Assembly: GCA_965222075.1 (NCBI GenBank)
Contig: OZ244937.1
Span: 320,001-384,000 of the forward strand
DNA: 64,000 nt
Direction of reading: 5' to 3'
DNA from: Candidatus Latescibacterota bacterium
GTDB lineage: Bacteria > Latescibacterota > UBA2968 > GCA-2709665
The position numbers were made by a program, and so were the translations under genes. Below the pieces are notes generated by a model. The model did no database searches. It worked only from the letters and a program-made list of their open reading frames with translations, and had not been told where the DNA came from. Positions within the stretch are counted from its first letter, which is position 1, and the number at the start of each line of letters is the position of its first letter. Of this stretch, positions 39,741 through 50,500 are shown piece after piece.

Positions 39741-40808
39741 ATGGCAGGACGAAGACGGATTTTGACGGGTGACCGCCCCACGGGGCGGATGCACCTGGGG
39801 AATTATATAGGATCAATGAAGAACCGGGTGAGGCTTCAGGATGAGTACGAGTGTTATTTTTTAATCGCGGATCTCCATATGCTGACGACGCGCCCGGAGA
39901 AGGAGCATATCGAGGCGCTGCGGGAGAACATCCGCGAGATGGTGCTCGACTACCTGGCGGTGGGGATCGACCCGTCGAAGTCAACGGTTTACCTTCAGTC
40001 GGCGGTTCACGCGGTTTATGAGATGAACCTCTTCTTTGAGATGCTGGTGACCCTTCCTCGCGTTGCACGGTTGCCAAGTATCAAGGATATGGCGCGTGCC
40101 GCGAATATGGACGATGAGGCCATTCCGTTCGGGCTGGTGGGTTATCCCATCCTGCAGGCGGCGGATATTCTGATGCCGCGCGCGCACCTGGTGCCCGTGG
40201 GAAAGGATAATGAGGCCCACGTGGAGGTGACCCGGGAGATCGCCCGTCGGTTCAATAATTATTACGGCGAGGTGTTTCCGATTCCGGATGCGATGATCGG
40301 GGAGGTGCCCACGCTGGTGGGCACCGACGGGCAGGCGAAGATGGGCAAGAGCCTGGACAACGCGATTTATCTGTCGGACGACGCCGGGGCGGTGGAGAAG
40401 CGGGTGCGCAGTATGTACACAGATCCCAGGCGGGTGCGCGCCGATATTCCGGGGACGGTGGAGGGAAATCCGGTTTTTATTTATCACGATGCGTTCAATC
40501 CGAACCGGGAAGAGGTGGGGGACCTGAAGGCCCGGTACCGGGAGGGGAAGGTGGGGGATGTGGAGGTGAAAGGGAAATTGGCCAGTGCGCTCAACGCTTT
40601 TCTGGATCCGATCCGGGATCGCCGCCAGCGCTTTGCAGAGGATAGGGGATACGTGGAAGAGGTGCTCTACGAGGGGACGCTGCGGGTGCAGCGGGTTGCG
40701 GATGAGACGCTGCGGACGATGAAGGCGGCGATGGGGCTGACGGGCATCTGGAACCGGATTTCCCGCCAGGCCCGGAAACGCATGGAAAAGAAGGAGGTCG
40801 GGGCGTGA
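39741..40808 (+). CDS. trpS: Tryptophanyl-tRNA synthetase
   Basis: TGDRPTG.MHLGNY, YPILQAADI, VPVGKDN, KMGKS. Confidence 0.96.
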   Translation: MAGRRRILTGDRPTGRMHLGNYIGSMKNRVRLQDEYECYFLIADLHMLTTRPEKEHIEALRENIREMVLDYLAVGIDPSKSTVYLQSAVHAVYEMNLFFEMLVTLPRVARLPSIKDMARAANMDDEAIPFGLVGYPILQAADILMPRAHLVPVGKDNEAHVEVTREIARRFNNYYGEVFPIPDAMIGEVPTLVGTDGQAKMGKSLDNAIYLSDDAGAVEKRVRSMYTDPRRVRADIPGTVEGNPVFIYHDAFNPNREEVGDLKARYREGKVGDVEVKGKLASALNAFLDPIRDRRQRFAEDRGYVEEVLYEGTLRVQRVADETLRTMKAAMGLTGIWNRISRQARKRMEKKEVGA

Positions 40809-40827
40809 TTGGAAGGGGGATGAGGTC

Positions 40828-41412
40828 CTAATCTGAAATCCCCAGTTTTTCGAAGACGGCTTTCCACCGCTCCGGGTGGCTGCCGTGGGTGTGCTGAGGG
40901 CGAAAGCCGGCGGTAAGATAAGATTTGATGGCGGGCAGGCGCCAGTCGTCGGTGAGGAGGTGGGCCTGCTGGAAGTTGAGGGCTTTCAGGCGGTGGAGGA
41001 CGGCGGCGTTGACGAGGTGGCCCAGGCTCCTGCGCCGGTGGGCTTCGAGGACGGCGACCATGTGGACCTCGCCGACGGTCTCCGCGTCGGGGGTTTTGCG
41101 CCATGCGCATGCGCTGGCGACCGGCCGGCCGTCACAGGTGGCGAAGAAGAGGTTTTCGGGGTGGAAGCGGAGATCGTCGATGAGCTTTTCGCGGCAGGTT
41201 TCAACGGTCCAGTTCCGGCCGACGTTGCCTTCCATGATGGTGCACCAGGCGGATTCGTCGCCCGCTTTGTACGTGCGAAGGCCGTAGCCGGGGGGGATGA
41301 GGATTTCGGGGAGGTCGTCGAGGGTCTCCCGGAGCATTTCAAGCTGGGTCAAGGGACTTTCGGACGCGGACGGGCGTTTCTTGAAGCGTCGGGATAGGAG
41401 ACGTCGAAACAT
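40828..41412 (-). CDS. GNAT family N-acetyltransferase
   Basis: VHMVAVLEAHRRRSLG, TDDWRLPAIKSY..AGF. Confidence 0.85.
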   Translation of the reverse strand: MFRRLLSRRFKKRPSASESPLTQLEMLRETLDDLPEILIPPGYGLRTYKAGDESAWCTIMEGNVGRNWTVETCREKLIDDLRFHPENLFFATCDGRPVASACAWRKTPDAETVGEVHMVAVLEAHRRRSLGHLVNAAVLHRLKALNFQQAHLLTDDWRLPAIKSYLTAGFRPQHTHGSHPERWKAVFEKLGISD

Positions 41413-41464
41413 TGAGATTTCTCCATGTGGTTTCTCAGGCGTCGGTGGGCGACCGGTGTTGTGA

Positions 41465-42496
41465 TTATGCCACGCACAGGAAGTCTCTGCCTTCTGTGAG
41501 GCCGATTTTGTGGAGGTGGTCCCGAATGCGGGCGCGGGCGCCCCGGGAAGGGACGGCGGCCAGGATGAGGGGCCTTCCGGACGATTCCCAGGTGTGGGGC
41601 AGGGCTTCGGGGGAGACGATGGGCGCGCCCCGGCGGGTGTTTCCGATCTTTTTGGGGTCGATATCGACAAAGGCGATCAGGGTTATGCCCTCCCGCTGGA
41701 GGTGTTTCGAAAGGCGCCGGCCGATCTGTCCCGCGCCCCAGATGATGGCCCGGGGAGCCCGGGCGAGGGGGCCGAGCCGGAGGTAGCGGGCTTTGGCCCG
41801 GAGAAAATTTTCGACGGCGTAGCGATCGTCCCGGCGGGTGAGCCTGCCCGGGCTTTCGCGCCAGGAGAGGAGGACGCGGGGGATTTTGGCAAAGCGCCTG
41901 CCGGCGAGGTGGAGCCGTAGCCAGAGATCGTAGTCTTCGGCCCACCCGAAGTCTTTGTAGCCGCCCACCTCCGTCAGGGCCTCCCGGCGCACCATGACAG
42001 AAGGGTGGGGCAGGGGGCTTTCGATGTAGATCTCCCGGGCGATGTCTTCGGGGGTGAGGAGGCTGTTGAGCCAGGCTTCGTAGACCCGGAAGCCCTCTCC
42101 GACCTCTGGGCGGGGGAAGCAGCGGACGAGGGAGCTGACCAGGGCGATGCCGGGGTGTTGTTGCAGGAACCCGTACTGGAGGCCGAGCCGGTCCGGATGA
42201 GCGATGTCATCAGCGTCCATCCTGGCGATGAGAGGCCCATCAGCCTGCGCCAGGCCCGTGTTGAGGGCCTGGATGAGGCCCTGTCTGCCGGGAAACAGGG
42301 GGCGGATACGGGGGTCACGCAGGGCATACTGTTTGAGGAGTATTGGGGTGTTGTCTTCCGATCCGTCGTCTATGGCGATGACTTCGAAGGCCTCAAAGCG
42401 CTGCCGGAGGAGGCTTTGCAGGGCCTGGTCAAGGGTGGCCTCTGCGTTGTAGACCGGCAGGAGTACGGAGATAGGCGGTGCTATGGCCCTGTACAT
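41465..42496 (-). CDS. Glycosyltransferase family 2 with C-terminal Rossmann-like domain
   Basis: SVLLPVYN, DDGSED, ARMDADD, EDYDLW, IWGAG. Confidence 0.92.
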   Translation of the reverse strand: MYRAIAPPISVLLPVYNAEATLDQALQSLLRQRFEAFEVIAIDDGSEDNTPILLKQYALRDPRIRPLFPGRQGLIQALNTGLAQADGPLIARMDADDIAHPDRLGLQYGFLQQHPGIALVSSLVRCFPRPEVGEGFRVYEAWLNSLLTPEDIAREIYIESPLPHPSVMVRREALTEVGGYKDFGWAEDYDLWLRLHLAGRRFAKIPRVLLSWRESPGRLTRRDDRYAVENFLRAKARYLRLGPLARAPRAIIWGAGQIGRRLSKHLQREGITLIAFVDIDPKKIGNTRRGAPIVSPEALPHTWESSGRPLILAAVPSRGARARIRDHLHKIGLTEGRDFLCVA

Positions 42497-42599
42497 ACGG
42501 TCGATTCCCGGTTTTGATGCTCCAGGGAGAGAGCGGATACCCCCATAATAACCGATTGGGTGAGGCCAGGTCAAGGGGTTCAAACGATCCCAAAAAATC

Positions 42600-42628
42600 T
42601 TGACTTTTCACAGGGCTTATAATATACT
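42600..42628 (+). promoter_or_regulatory. sigma70 promoter of the nuo operon
   Basis: TTGACT-N17-TATACT. Confidence 0.75.
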
Positions 42629-42763
42629 ACAACCTTGAGGAGAACTTATTATCTTTAAGCCGATTTTTGAGTCTGATTTGTAAAAAATGGAAGGGGTGAC
42701 GGATGTGTTCACACTGTTTCTTGTCCCCCTTTTTTTAATCAGACGAGAGGCCTGCACAAAGAG

Positions 42764-43129
42764 ATGCTGAGAGACTACCTTCCGATTGCTATTCTGATGG
42801 CGGTCGCTGTCGGGTTTGCGCTGGTCAGCCTTGCGGCCACACATTTGTTTGGGCCCTGGCGTCCGAATCCGGTTAAGCTCTCGCCCTACGAGTCGGGCGT
42901 TCCGCCTGTGGGCGACGCCAGATTGCGGTTTTCGATCAAGTTTTATCTGGTGGCGATGCTTTTTATCATTTTCGATATCGAAGTGGTTTTTCTCTACCCC
43001 TGGGCTGTGGTTTTTCGGAAACTGCTGGCTCAAGGGTACTTTATTTTTATCGAGATGGTTGTTTTTATCGGGGTGCTGGTACTGGGTCTGGCTTATGTCT
43101 GGAGAAAAGGGGGACTGGAATGGGATTAG
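42764..43129 (+). CDS. nuoA: NADH-quinone oxidoreductase subunit A
   Basis: [24 protein letters not shown]. Confidence 0.96.
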   Translation: MLRDYLPIAILMAVAVGFALVSLAATHLFGPWRPNPVKLSPYESGVPPVGDARLRFSIKFYLVAMLFIIFDIEVVFLYPWAVVFRKLLAQGYFIFIEMVVFIGVLVLGLAYVWRKGGLEWD

Positions 43130-43605
43130 AGACCGGTCTGGGTGAGAATGTGTTCACCACAACTATGGACAGGATGATCAACTGGGCGCGCAAAAGCTCC
43201 CTTTGGCCAATGCCCTTTGGCACCGCCTGCTGCGCCATTGAGATGATGGCCACTCTGTCGGGACGCTTCGATATGGCACGCTTTGGCGCAGAGGCCGTCA
43301 GGTTCTCCCCTCGCCAGTCGGACCTGTTGATCGTGTCGGGGAGGATCTCGATCAAGATGATGCCGGTGTTGAAGAAGATCTACGATCAGATGCCCGACCC
43401 GAAGTGGGTGATCTCGATGGGTGCGTGTGCCTCATCCGGGGGGGTGTTCAACACCTATACGCTGGTTCAGGGGGTGGATCAGTTTCTTCCGGTGGATGTG
43501 TATGTGCCCGGGTGTCCGCCCCGTCCGGAGGATCTGCTATATGCATTGATGAAGGTCCAGGAGAAGATTGACCGGGAGCAGCCGACCCGGGCTGCAGGGG
43601 CATAG
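43120..43605 (+). CDS. nuoB: NADH-quinone oxidoreductase subunit B
   Basis: [27 protein letters not shown]. Confidence 0.96.
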   Translation: MGLETGLGENVFTTTMDRMINWARKSSLWPMPFGTACCAIEMMATLSGRFDMARFGAEAVRFSPRQSDLLIVSGRISIKMMPVLKKIYDQMPDPKWVISMGACASSGGVFNTYTLVQGVDQFLPVDVYVPGCPPRPEDLLYALMKVQEKIDREQPTRAAGA

Positions 43606-43637
43606 AAGAGGCAGTGGCAGCAGACAGGAGCAGGGCT

Positions 43638-45407
43638 ATGTCTGAAGATAAGGATCAGGACATCCAGGTGGCGGAGGTGTCGAACCTGACCGCACGGAAG
43701 TTGAAGGAGCGGTTTGGGGAGGAGATTGTGGAGGTGGTGGAATCCGGCGATGAGTGTACGGCGGTGTGCAAGAAGGAGAAGATGACGGAGATTCTGACCT
43801 TTTTGCGGGCCGAGCCGGATCTGGCCTACGACCGGTTGACCGATGTGACGGCGGTGGACTACTCCGAATATATGAATCAGATACCTCCCGTGCGGTTTAA
43901 CGTGGTCTACCACCTCTACTCCCATCCGCGCAATCACCGCTTCCGGGTGAGGGCGCAGGTGGACGAGGAGGAGTGCAGCATCGCGTCGGCGTGTCCTGTG
44001 TGGGTGGGGGCCGAGTGGCCGGAGCGCGAAGCCTACGATATGTTCGGCATTCGGTTCGAGGGGCATCCGGACCTGCGGCGCATCCTGATGCCGGTCAACT
44101 TCAAGTATTATCCGCTTCGCAAAGACTATCCCCTCCAGGGGAAGGGGGAACGGGACGTGATTGCGCCTGAAGACCCGGGGTTTGAGGGGTCCCCCTTTTC
44201 GGATGAAGCCGAGGCGGAGGGGGACGATCCGATCGCGTCGGAGCGGATGGTGTTGAATCTGGGGCCGCAGCATCCGGCGACCCACGGCACGCTTCGGCTG
44301 ACTTTAGAGTTAGACGGGGAACGGCTTGTCAGGTGTATTCCGGATATCGGCTATCTGCATACCGGCTTTGAGAAACTGGGCGAACACCATACATATAACC
44401 AGTGGGTGACCGTTACCGACCGGATGAACTATCTCTCGCCCCTGTCCAACAATATTGGGTACGCGCTGGCGGTGGAGCAGCTGATGGGACTGGAGGTGCC
44501 TCCCAGGGCCTCCACTGTCCGGGTGATCCTGGCGGAGCTGTCCAGGCTTGCCGACCACCTGGTCTGGCTGGGGACGCATGCGCTGGATATCGGGGCGATG
44601 ACGGTTTTTCTGTATACGTTCGAGCAACGGGAATGGCTTTACAATATTTTCGAGGCGGTCACCGGGGCCCGGCTGACGACCAGTTACACACGTATCGGCG
44701 GGTTGGGGTGGGATGTGCCGGAGAACTTCCGCGAGATTGTGCTCGATTTTACCGGCCAGTTTCCACCAGCGATGGACGAGGTGGACAGGCTGCTGACGCG
44801 CAACCGGATCTGGATTGACCGGACGAAGGGGATCGGGGTGATCTCGGCCGAAGAGGCGATTGCGTGGAATATGACCGGGCCTATGCTGCGGGGGTCGGGG
44901 GTGGATTACGACCTGCGCAAGGCCGAGCCTTATTTGGGTTACGAGGAGTTCGACTTCGAGATTCCGGTGGGGGAAAGCGGGGATGTGTACGACCGGTACC
45001 TGGTGCGGATGGAAGAGATGAGGCAGAGCACCCGAATTATCGAGCAGGCGGTGAACCGCTTGCCCGACGGTCCGGTGAAGGTGGACGATGCGAAGGTGAT
45101 TCTGCCGGAGAAGGATGCGGTTTATACCGGGATGGAGTCCCTGATCCACCACTTTAAGGTCACCATGGACGAGCACGGGCTGACGCCGCCGCCGGGAGAG
45201 GCCTATGTGGCGACCGAGTCGCCTAACGGGGAACTGGGATTTTATGTTGTGAGCGACGGGAGCGGGTACGCCTACCGGCTGCGGGTGCGCCCCCCCTCGT
45301 TTATGAATTACCAGGCCTTCCCGCAAATGGTAGAGGGGCATATGGTGGCAGATGTGGTGGCGACGCTGGGGAGCATCAACGTGATTGCGGGGGAATTGGA
45401 TCGATAA
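43638..45407 (+). CDS. nuoCD: NADH-quinone oxidoreductase fused subunit C/D
   Basis: EREAYDMFGI, PLRKDYP; NLGPQHPATHG, DRMNY, GELDR. Confidence 0.96.
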   Translation: MSEDKDQDIQVAEVSNLTARKLKERFGEEIVEVVESGDECTAVCKKEKMTEILTFLRAEPDLAYDRLTDVTAVDYSEYMNQIPPVRFNVVYHLYSHPRNHRFRVRAQVDEEECSIASACPVWVGAEWPEREAYDMFGIRFEGHPDLRRILMPVNFKYYPLRKDYPLQGKGERDVIAPEDPGFEGSPFSDEAEAEGDDPIASERMVLNLGPQHPATHGTLRLTLELDGERLVRCIPDIGYLHTGFEKLGEHHTYNQWVTVTDRMNYLSPLSNNIGYALAVEQLMGLEVPPRASTVRVILAELSRLADHLVWLGTHALDIGAMTVFLYTFEQREWLYNIFEAVTGARLTTSYTRIGGLGWDVPENFREIVLDFTGQFPPAMDEVDRLLTRNRIWIDRTKGIGVISAEEAIAWNMTGPMLRGSGVDYDLRKAEPYLGYEEFDFEIPVGESGDVYDRYLVRMEEMRQSTRIIEQAVNRLPDGPVKVDDAKVILPEKDAVYTGMESLIHHFKVTMDEHGLTPPPGEAYVATESPNGELGFYVVSDGSGYAYRLRVRPPSFMNYQAFPQMVEGHMVADVVATLGSINVIAGELDR

Positions 45408-45446
45408 AGATGTTTCACGTTTGGCTGCTTTTTATGGGATATCAAG

Positions 45447-45926
45447 ATGGCAGTCGAGTTTTCCGAAGAGACGAAGAAGCAGTGTGAGGAGATTATTGCT
45501 CACTATCCCCAGGACTGGAAGGAGGCGGCGATTCTGCCGGTTCTACACCTGGCCCAGAAGGAGTGGGGGTACATTTCGCTGGAGGGGTTGAAGTACGTCG
45601 CGAATATGCTGGAGATGCCTCCTGCGCGGGCGGCGGGTGTGATGAGTTTCTACCCGATGTTTTACAAGGCCCCTGTGGGGAAATGCGTGATCCAGGTTTG
45701 TAGTACGCTTTCCTGTGCGCTGTGTGGGGCGGAGGAAGTTGTGGACTACCTGAAGGAAAAGCTGAAGGTTGACGTGGGAGAGACTACAGAGGACCAGAAG
45801 TTTACCCTGGCCAAGGTAGAGTGTATCGCGGCGTGCGAGGGGGCGCCGGCGGTTCGGATCAACGATGAACTTCACCGGTACATGACAAAGGAGAAGTTGG
45901 ACCGGCTTCTGCATCATCCGGAATAA
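45447..45926 (+). CDS. nuoE: NADH-quinone oxidoreductase subunit E
   Basis: SFYPMF, CSTLSC, VECIAAC. Confidence 0.95.
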   Translation: MAVEFSEETKKQCEEIIAHYPQDWKEAAILPVLHLAQKEWGYISLEGLKYVANMLEMPPARAAGVMSFYPMFYKAPVGKCVIQVCSTLSCALCGAEEVVDYLKEKLKVDVGETTEDQKFTLAKVECIAACEGAPAVRINDELHRYMTKEKLDRLLHHPE

Positions 45927-45932
45927 CAGACC

Positions 45933-47264
45933 ATGCCCGTAGAAGAATACAAAATTATCACAAAGCTGTTCGGTGTTGAGAACCTCCAGGACATTGAGGT
46001 CTACAAGGCCCACAATGGGTACAAGGCGCTGGAGAAGGCCCTGAAGATGACGCCGGATGAGGCGGTTGAGACGGTGCAGCGTTCAGGGCTGGCGGGGCGG
46101 GGTGGGGCCTGGTTCCCCACAGGGATGAAGTGGGGGTTTATGCCCAAAGCGCCCAGGGTGCCTTCTTACCTCTGCGTAAACGCCGATGAGAGTGAGCCGG
46201 GGACGTTCAAGGACCGGCAGCTGCTCAAGGTAGACCCCCATCAGCTCCTGGAAGGGACGATTATCGCGGCGTATGCGATTCGGGCGAGTGTGACTTATAT
46301 CTACATCCGGGGCGAGATGTGGGAGGAGATGGTCCAGATGGACGGGGCGATCGCTCAGGCCCGGGCGGCGGGATATATCGGAAAGAATATTCTCGGGTCG
46401 GGTTACGACCTGGAGGTGTATACGCATCCAGGCGCAGGGGCCTATATCTGCGGGGAGGAGATGGGGCTGATCCAATCCCTGGAAGGGAAACGGGCCGAGC
46501 CGCGTGCAAAACCGCCTTTTCCCGCGCAAAAGGGGGTTTTTGAGTGTCCGACCATTGTGAACAACGTGCAGACGCTTTCCTACGTGCCGCATATTATCAA
46601 CAATGGGGCAGACTGGTTTAAGGGCATCGGGAGTGAGCGGTTTCCCGGGACGTTCATTTTTTGTGTAAGCGGGCATGTGCGAAGGCCGGGGCTGTTTGAG
46701 CTGGAGACGAATGCGGCAACCATGCGGGAGATCATTTACGACCTGGCCGGCGGCCTGTACGAGGGCCGCGAGTTGAAAGCCGTTATTCCGGGGGGGGCCT
46801 CCACCTCGCCGATGACGCCCGACCAGATCGATATTGTGATGGATCCAGCCAATTTTCAGCTCCCCGGCAGGGGTGAGTTCAAGGGGATGTTCGGGACAGG
46901 CGGGGTGATTGTGATGGACGATACGACCTGTATGGTGGATGCGCTGCTGAATCTGATGAACTTTTTCGCCCACGAGTCGTGTGGGCAGTGTACGCCCTGC
47001 CGGGAAGGATGCCCGTGGGCGCGGGATATCCTCTGGCGAATCGAACACGGGCAGGGGCGGGCCGAGGACCTGGATACCCTGGTGGACGTGGCGAATAATG
47101 TCTCGCCCTTCCTGGGGCCCTTTACAACGATCTGTCCGTTCGGGGCGGCGTTTGCGTATCCGATTCACGGATTTATGCAGACCTTCCGCAGCGAGTTTGA
47201 GGCCCATATCGAAGGGGGCGGGTGTCCGATTCGTCAGGACAAATCGATTAAGGTTCCGGGGTGA
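45933..47264 (+). CDS. nuoF: NADH-quinone oxidoreductase subunit F
   Basis: GRGGA.FPTG.KW, NADESEPGTFKDR, GAGAYICGEE, ESCGQCTPCREG. Confidence 0.96.
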   Translation: MPVEEYKIITKLFGVENLQDIEVYKAHNGYKALEKALKMTPDEAVETVQRSGLAGRGGAWFPTGMKWGFMPKAPRVPSYLCVNADESEPGTFKDRQLLKVDPHQLLEGTIIAAYAIRASVTYIYIRGEMWEEMVQMDGAIAQARAAGYIGKNILGSGYDLEVYTHPGAGAYICGEEMGLIQSLEGKRAEPRAKPPFPAQKGVFECPTIVNNVQTLSYVPHIINNGADWFKGIGSERFPGTFIFCVSGHVRRPGLFELETNAATMREIIYDLAGGLYEGRELKAVIPGGASTSPMTPDQIDIVMDPANFQLPGRGEFKGMFGTGGVIVMDDTTCMVDALLNLMNFFAHESCGQCTPCREGCPWARDILWRIEHGQGRAEDLDTLVDVANNVSPFLGPFTTICPFGAAFAYPIHGFMQTFRSEFEAHIEGGGCPIRQDKSIKVPG

Positions 47265-47270
47265 TTACCG

Positions 47271-48887
47271 ATGGCGACTTTTACAATAGACGGCAAAGAG
47301 ATCGAGATGGTGCCGGGCAAGGACGTGCTGAAGGCGGCGCTTGACAATGGGATCTACATCCCCCACTACTGCTACCATCCGGGGTTGAGCGCACCTGCGA
47401 ACTGCCGGATGTGTCTGGTGGAGATCGAGGCAGGTGGGAGGCGCGGTCTGATGCCTTCGTGTACGGCGATGCCGGCCGAAGGGATGGTGGTGGAGACGCA
47501 GACGGAGGTGGTGAAGGAGAGTCAGAACGCAGTGATGGAGTTTCTCCTGATCAACCATCCGCTGGACTGTCCGGTGTGCGACCAGTCGGGGGAGTGCGAT
47601 TTGCAGGACTACAGCTACACCTACGGTCCCGACCGAAGCCGGTTTCACGAGGAGAAGTCGGTGCAGCCAAAGAAGGATATCGGCGAACATGTGTTGCTCT
47701 ATTCAGACCGCTGCATCCGGTGTACGCGCTGCATCCGGTTCTGCGATGAGGTTTCCGGGACGGGCGAACTGGGGTATTTCAACCGGGGGGTGCACACCGA
47801 GGTTGATGTGTTCCCGGGAGAGCGGCTGGACAACCGGCTGTCGGGGAATACGGTGGATATCTGTCCGGTGGGCGCGTTGCTGGATAAGCATTTCCTGTTC
47901 AAGCAGCGGGTCTGGTTCCTGAAGGGTGTGGATACGATCTGCCCGGGATGTAGCACGGGGTGCAACATCCGGGCGGATATCAACAAGGAACGGATTTACC
48001 GGCTTGTGCCCCGCGAAAACTTAGCGGTGAACGATTACTGGATGTGCGACGACGGGCGCCACGGATGGGGCTACGTGCACAGCGACGACCGGCTGCTTTT
48101 CCCCCTCATAGGAGGTGGGAAGGAGCCGGATCTGGCGCTGTGGGCAGCGGCGCTTGAGCGTGTGGCGGAAGGGTTTGAACAGATTCGGGAGGACCATGGC
48201 GAGGGGGCTGTTGTGGGAATCGCTTCGGGACATTTGACCAACGAGGAGAATTTCCTTTTCGGGAGGCTGGTCAAGGATGTTCTTAAGGGCACGCAGGTTG
48301 CCCTGCGTTCGAAGGTCGGTTCGGAAGGCGATGTGGTTTTCAAGAGCGGGTTTACCATTCATGCGGATAAGTCGCCCAATACCCGGGGCGCACGCGAGGT
48401 GTTAGAGGGGCTGGGGCTTTCGGTTGTGGATGCGTCCGAGGTCTGGAAGGGCATCCGGGAGGGGCGGATCAAGGCGCTTTACTGCCTGGGAGGAGACCCT
48501 CTGGAGAGCGTGTCGGAAACGGAGCGGGAAGCACTGGGCGCCCTGGTATTTCTGGTGGTTCAGGATATTCTGGCAAACGATCTGACGCGACTGGCCGATG
48601 TGGTGCTGCCCGGTGCGGCGTTTGTTGAAAAAGAGGGGACCTTCACCAACTTTGCCGGCCGGGTGCAGCAGATCCGGCCCGCGTTTGATCCCCCGGGCGA
48701 TGCGCGGGCAGACTGGGAGGTCCTGCGGGATGTGGCCAATGCGCTGGACGGCGGGTTTGAGTACGCAAGCATCCAGGAGGTGATGGGCGGCCTGGCGGAG
48801 AGGGTGAAGGCCTTTGAAGGTATCCACACCGAGGCGGTAGGAGCGCAGGGATGTGCGCTTACAACGGCGGAAACAGCAGAGGCATAG
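47271..48887 (+). CDS. nuoG: NADH-quinone oxidoreductase subunit G (short form)
   Basis: IPHYCYH, CRMCLVE, NHPLDCPVCDQSGEC, CIRCTRC, CPGCSTGC. Confidence 0.93.
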   Translation: MATFTIDGKEIEMVPGKDVLKAALDNGIYIPHYCYHPGLSAPANCRMCLVEIEAGGRRGLMPSCTAMPAEGMVVETQTEVVKESQNAVMEFLLINHPLDCPVCDQSGECDLQDYSYTYGPDRSRFHEEKSVQPKKDIGEHVLLYSDRCIRCTRCIRFCDEVSGTGELGYFNRGVHTEVDVFPGERLDNRLSGNTVDICPVGALLDKHFLFKQRVWFLKGVDTICPGCSTGCNIRADINKERIYRLVPRENLAVNDYWMCDDGRHGWGYVHSDDRLLFPLIGGGKEPDLALWAAALERVAEGFEQIREDHGEGAVVGIASGHLTNEENFLFGRLVKDVLKGTQVALRSKVGSEGDVVFKSGFTIHADKSPNTRGAREVLEGLGLSVVDASEVWKGIREGRIKALYCLGGDPLESVSETEREALGALVFLVVQDILANDLTRLADVVLPGAAFVEKEGTFTNFAGRVQQIRPAFDPPGDARADWEVLRDVANALDGGFEYASIQEVMGGLAERVKAFEGIHTEAVGAQGCALTTAETAEA

Positions 48888-48893
48888 GGGCAC

Positions 48894-49934
48894 ATGGACT
48901 ACGCGCTTGAGAGCCTGATCAAGGTGGGGGTGGTGATAGGCGTTCTGATAGGGGCAGTGGCCTATCTGGTGCTGGCAGAGCGGAAGGTGAGCGCTTATAT
49001 CCAGAATCGGCTGGGGCCGAACCGGGTGGGACCCTGGGGGCTTTTGCAGCCGATTGCCGACGGGCTCAAGTTCCTGTTCAAGGAGGATGTGATTCCCCAC
49101 CACGTGGACCGGGTGGTCTATCTGGCCGCTCCGCCCGCGATCCTGGTTCCCGCGCTGATGGGGTTTGCGGTGGTGCCGTTTGGGCATACGATCTCCCTTT
49201 TCGGGCGGGAGGTTCAGCTGCAGGTTGCGGATCCGGATATCGGTATTCTCTACATTCTGGCGGTGGCCTCTCTGGGCGTGTACGGGGTCGTGCTGGGGGG
49301 GTGGGCGTCCAACAACAAGTATGCGCTGCTGGGGGGGCTGCGGGCATCGGCACAGATGATCAGTTACGAACTGGCACTGGGTCTGTCGCTGATCGGGGTG
49401 CTGTTGGTGACGGGGTCGCTGCGGTTGAGCGATGTGGTGGCGGCTCAGGCGACACAGACCCTCTTCGAGGTTCTGCCCCGGTGGAATGTGTTTACCCAGC
49501 CTCTGGCGTTTGTGCTTTTTACCGTGTCGGCGTTTGCAGAGAGCAACCGGTTGCCGTTTGACCTGCCCGAATCGGAGCAGGAACTGGTGGCCGGGTATCA
49601 TGCCGAGTACAGCAGTATGAAGTTCGCCATGTTTTACATGGCCGAGTACGCCCATATGATTACCGCTTCGGCGGTGATCGCCACGCTATTTTTCGGGGGC
49701 TGGCACGTGCCCTGGCTGGTGGAGCCGGGCAATACGGGCCTGGGCGCCGGTCTGCTGATGGTGGCGGCATTTACGGTTAAGACGGCGTTTTTCCTGTTTC
49801 TGTTTCTGTGGGTGCGCTGGACTCTGCCCCGTTTTCGTTACGATCAGGTGATGCGGCTGGGATGGAAGGTTTTGCTCCCCCTGGCGCTGGTGAACGTGTT
49901 CGTAACCGGTCTGGTGCTTACCTTAGCCCGATAA
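48894..49934 (+). CDS. nuoH: NADH-quinone oxidoreductase subunit H
   Basis: ERKV, GPNRVG, ADGLK, SYE, RLPFDLPESE, PRFRYDQ. Confidence 0.96.
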   Translation: MDYALESLIKVGVVIGVLIGAVAYLVLAERKVSAYIQNRLGPNRVGPWGLLQPIADGLKFLFKEDVIPHHVDRVVYLAAPPAILVPALMGFAVVPFGHTISLFGREVQLQVADPDIGILYILAVASLGVYGVVLGGWASNNKYALLGGLRASAQMISYELALGLSLIGVLLVTGSLRLSDVVAAQATQTLFEVLPRWNVFTQPLAFVLFTVSAFAESNRLPFDLPESEQELVAGYHAEYSSMKFAMFYMAEYAHMITASAVIATLFFGGWHVPWLVEPGNTGLGAGLLMVAAFTVKTAFFLFLFLWVRWTLPRFRYDQVMRLGWKVLLPLALVNVFVTGLVLTLAR

Positions 49935-49957
49935 GGACGAACCGGCGGGGAGGGACG

Positions 49958-50474
49958 ATGGAGGCGTTTTCTTCTTTCTGTTTGCTTTTGTTGCCATTGT
50001 TTCGGCCCTTCTTCTGGTCCTGTTCCGGAATCCCGTCTACAGCGCCCTGTCGCTGGTGGCGACCTTTTTCGCCCTGGCAGGGCTTTTTGTTTTGCTGGAC
50101 GCACACTTCCTGGCGGCGGTACAGGTTATTGTGTATGCCGGCGCTATTATGGTCCTGTTTCTGTTTGTGATTATGCTGTTGAACCTGGGACACCCGGAGG
50201 CGTTAGAGCCGGCAGGCGGAACCTACCGGCGGGGTCTCTGTTGTTTTGTTGATGGGTGATTCTGGTGGTCCAGCTGGGGGTTCTGGCAGGGCGGCAGTTG
50301 GGCGCGCCCCCAGGGGCGCCAGAGGAGGAGATGGTCACAAAAAACGTGCACTATATCGGGGAACTGCTCTATACGGATTATCTGTTTCCGTTTGAGGTGG
50401 TCTCGGTGATTCTGCTGGTGGCCCTCATCGGGGTCATTGTGCTGGTGAAGCGGGATAGGCCGGCGCAGAAGTAG
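49958..50474 (+). CDS. nuoJ: NADH-quinone oxidoreductase subunit J (apparent frameshifts at ~49968 and ~50240-50256)
   Basis: [37 protein letters not shown] recovered across three frames. Confidence 0.9.
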
Positions 50475-50500
50475 GGGCAGACTTTAACGTCGAGAAAGCC

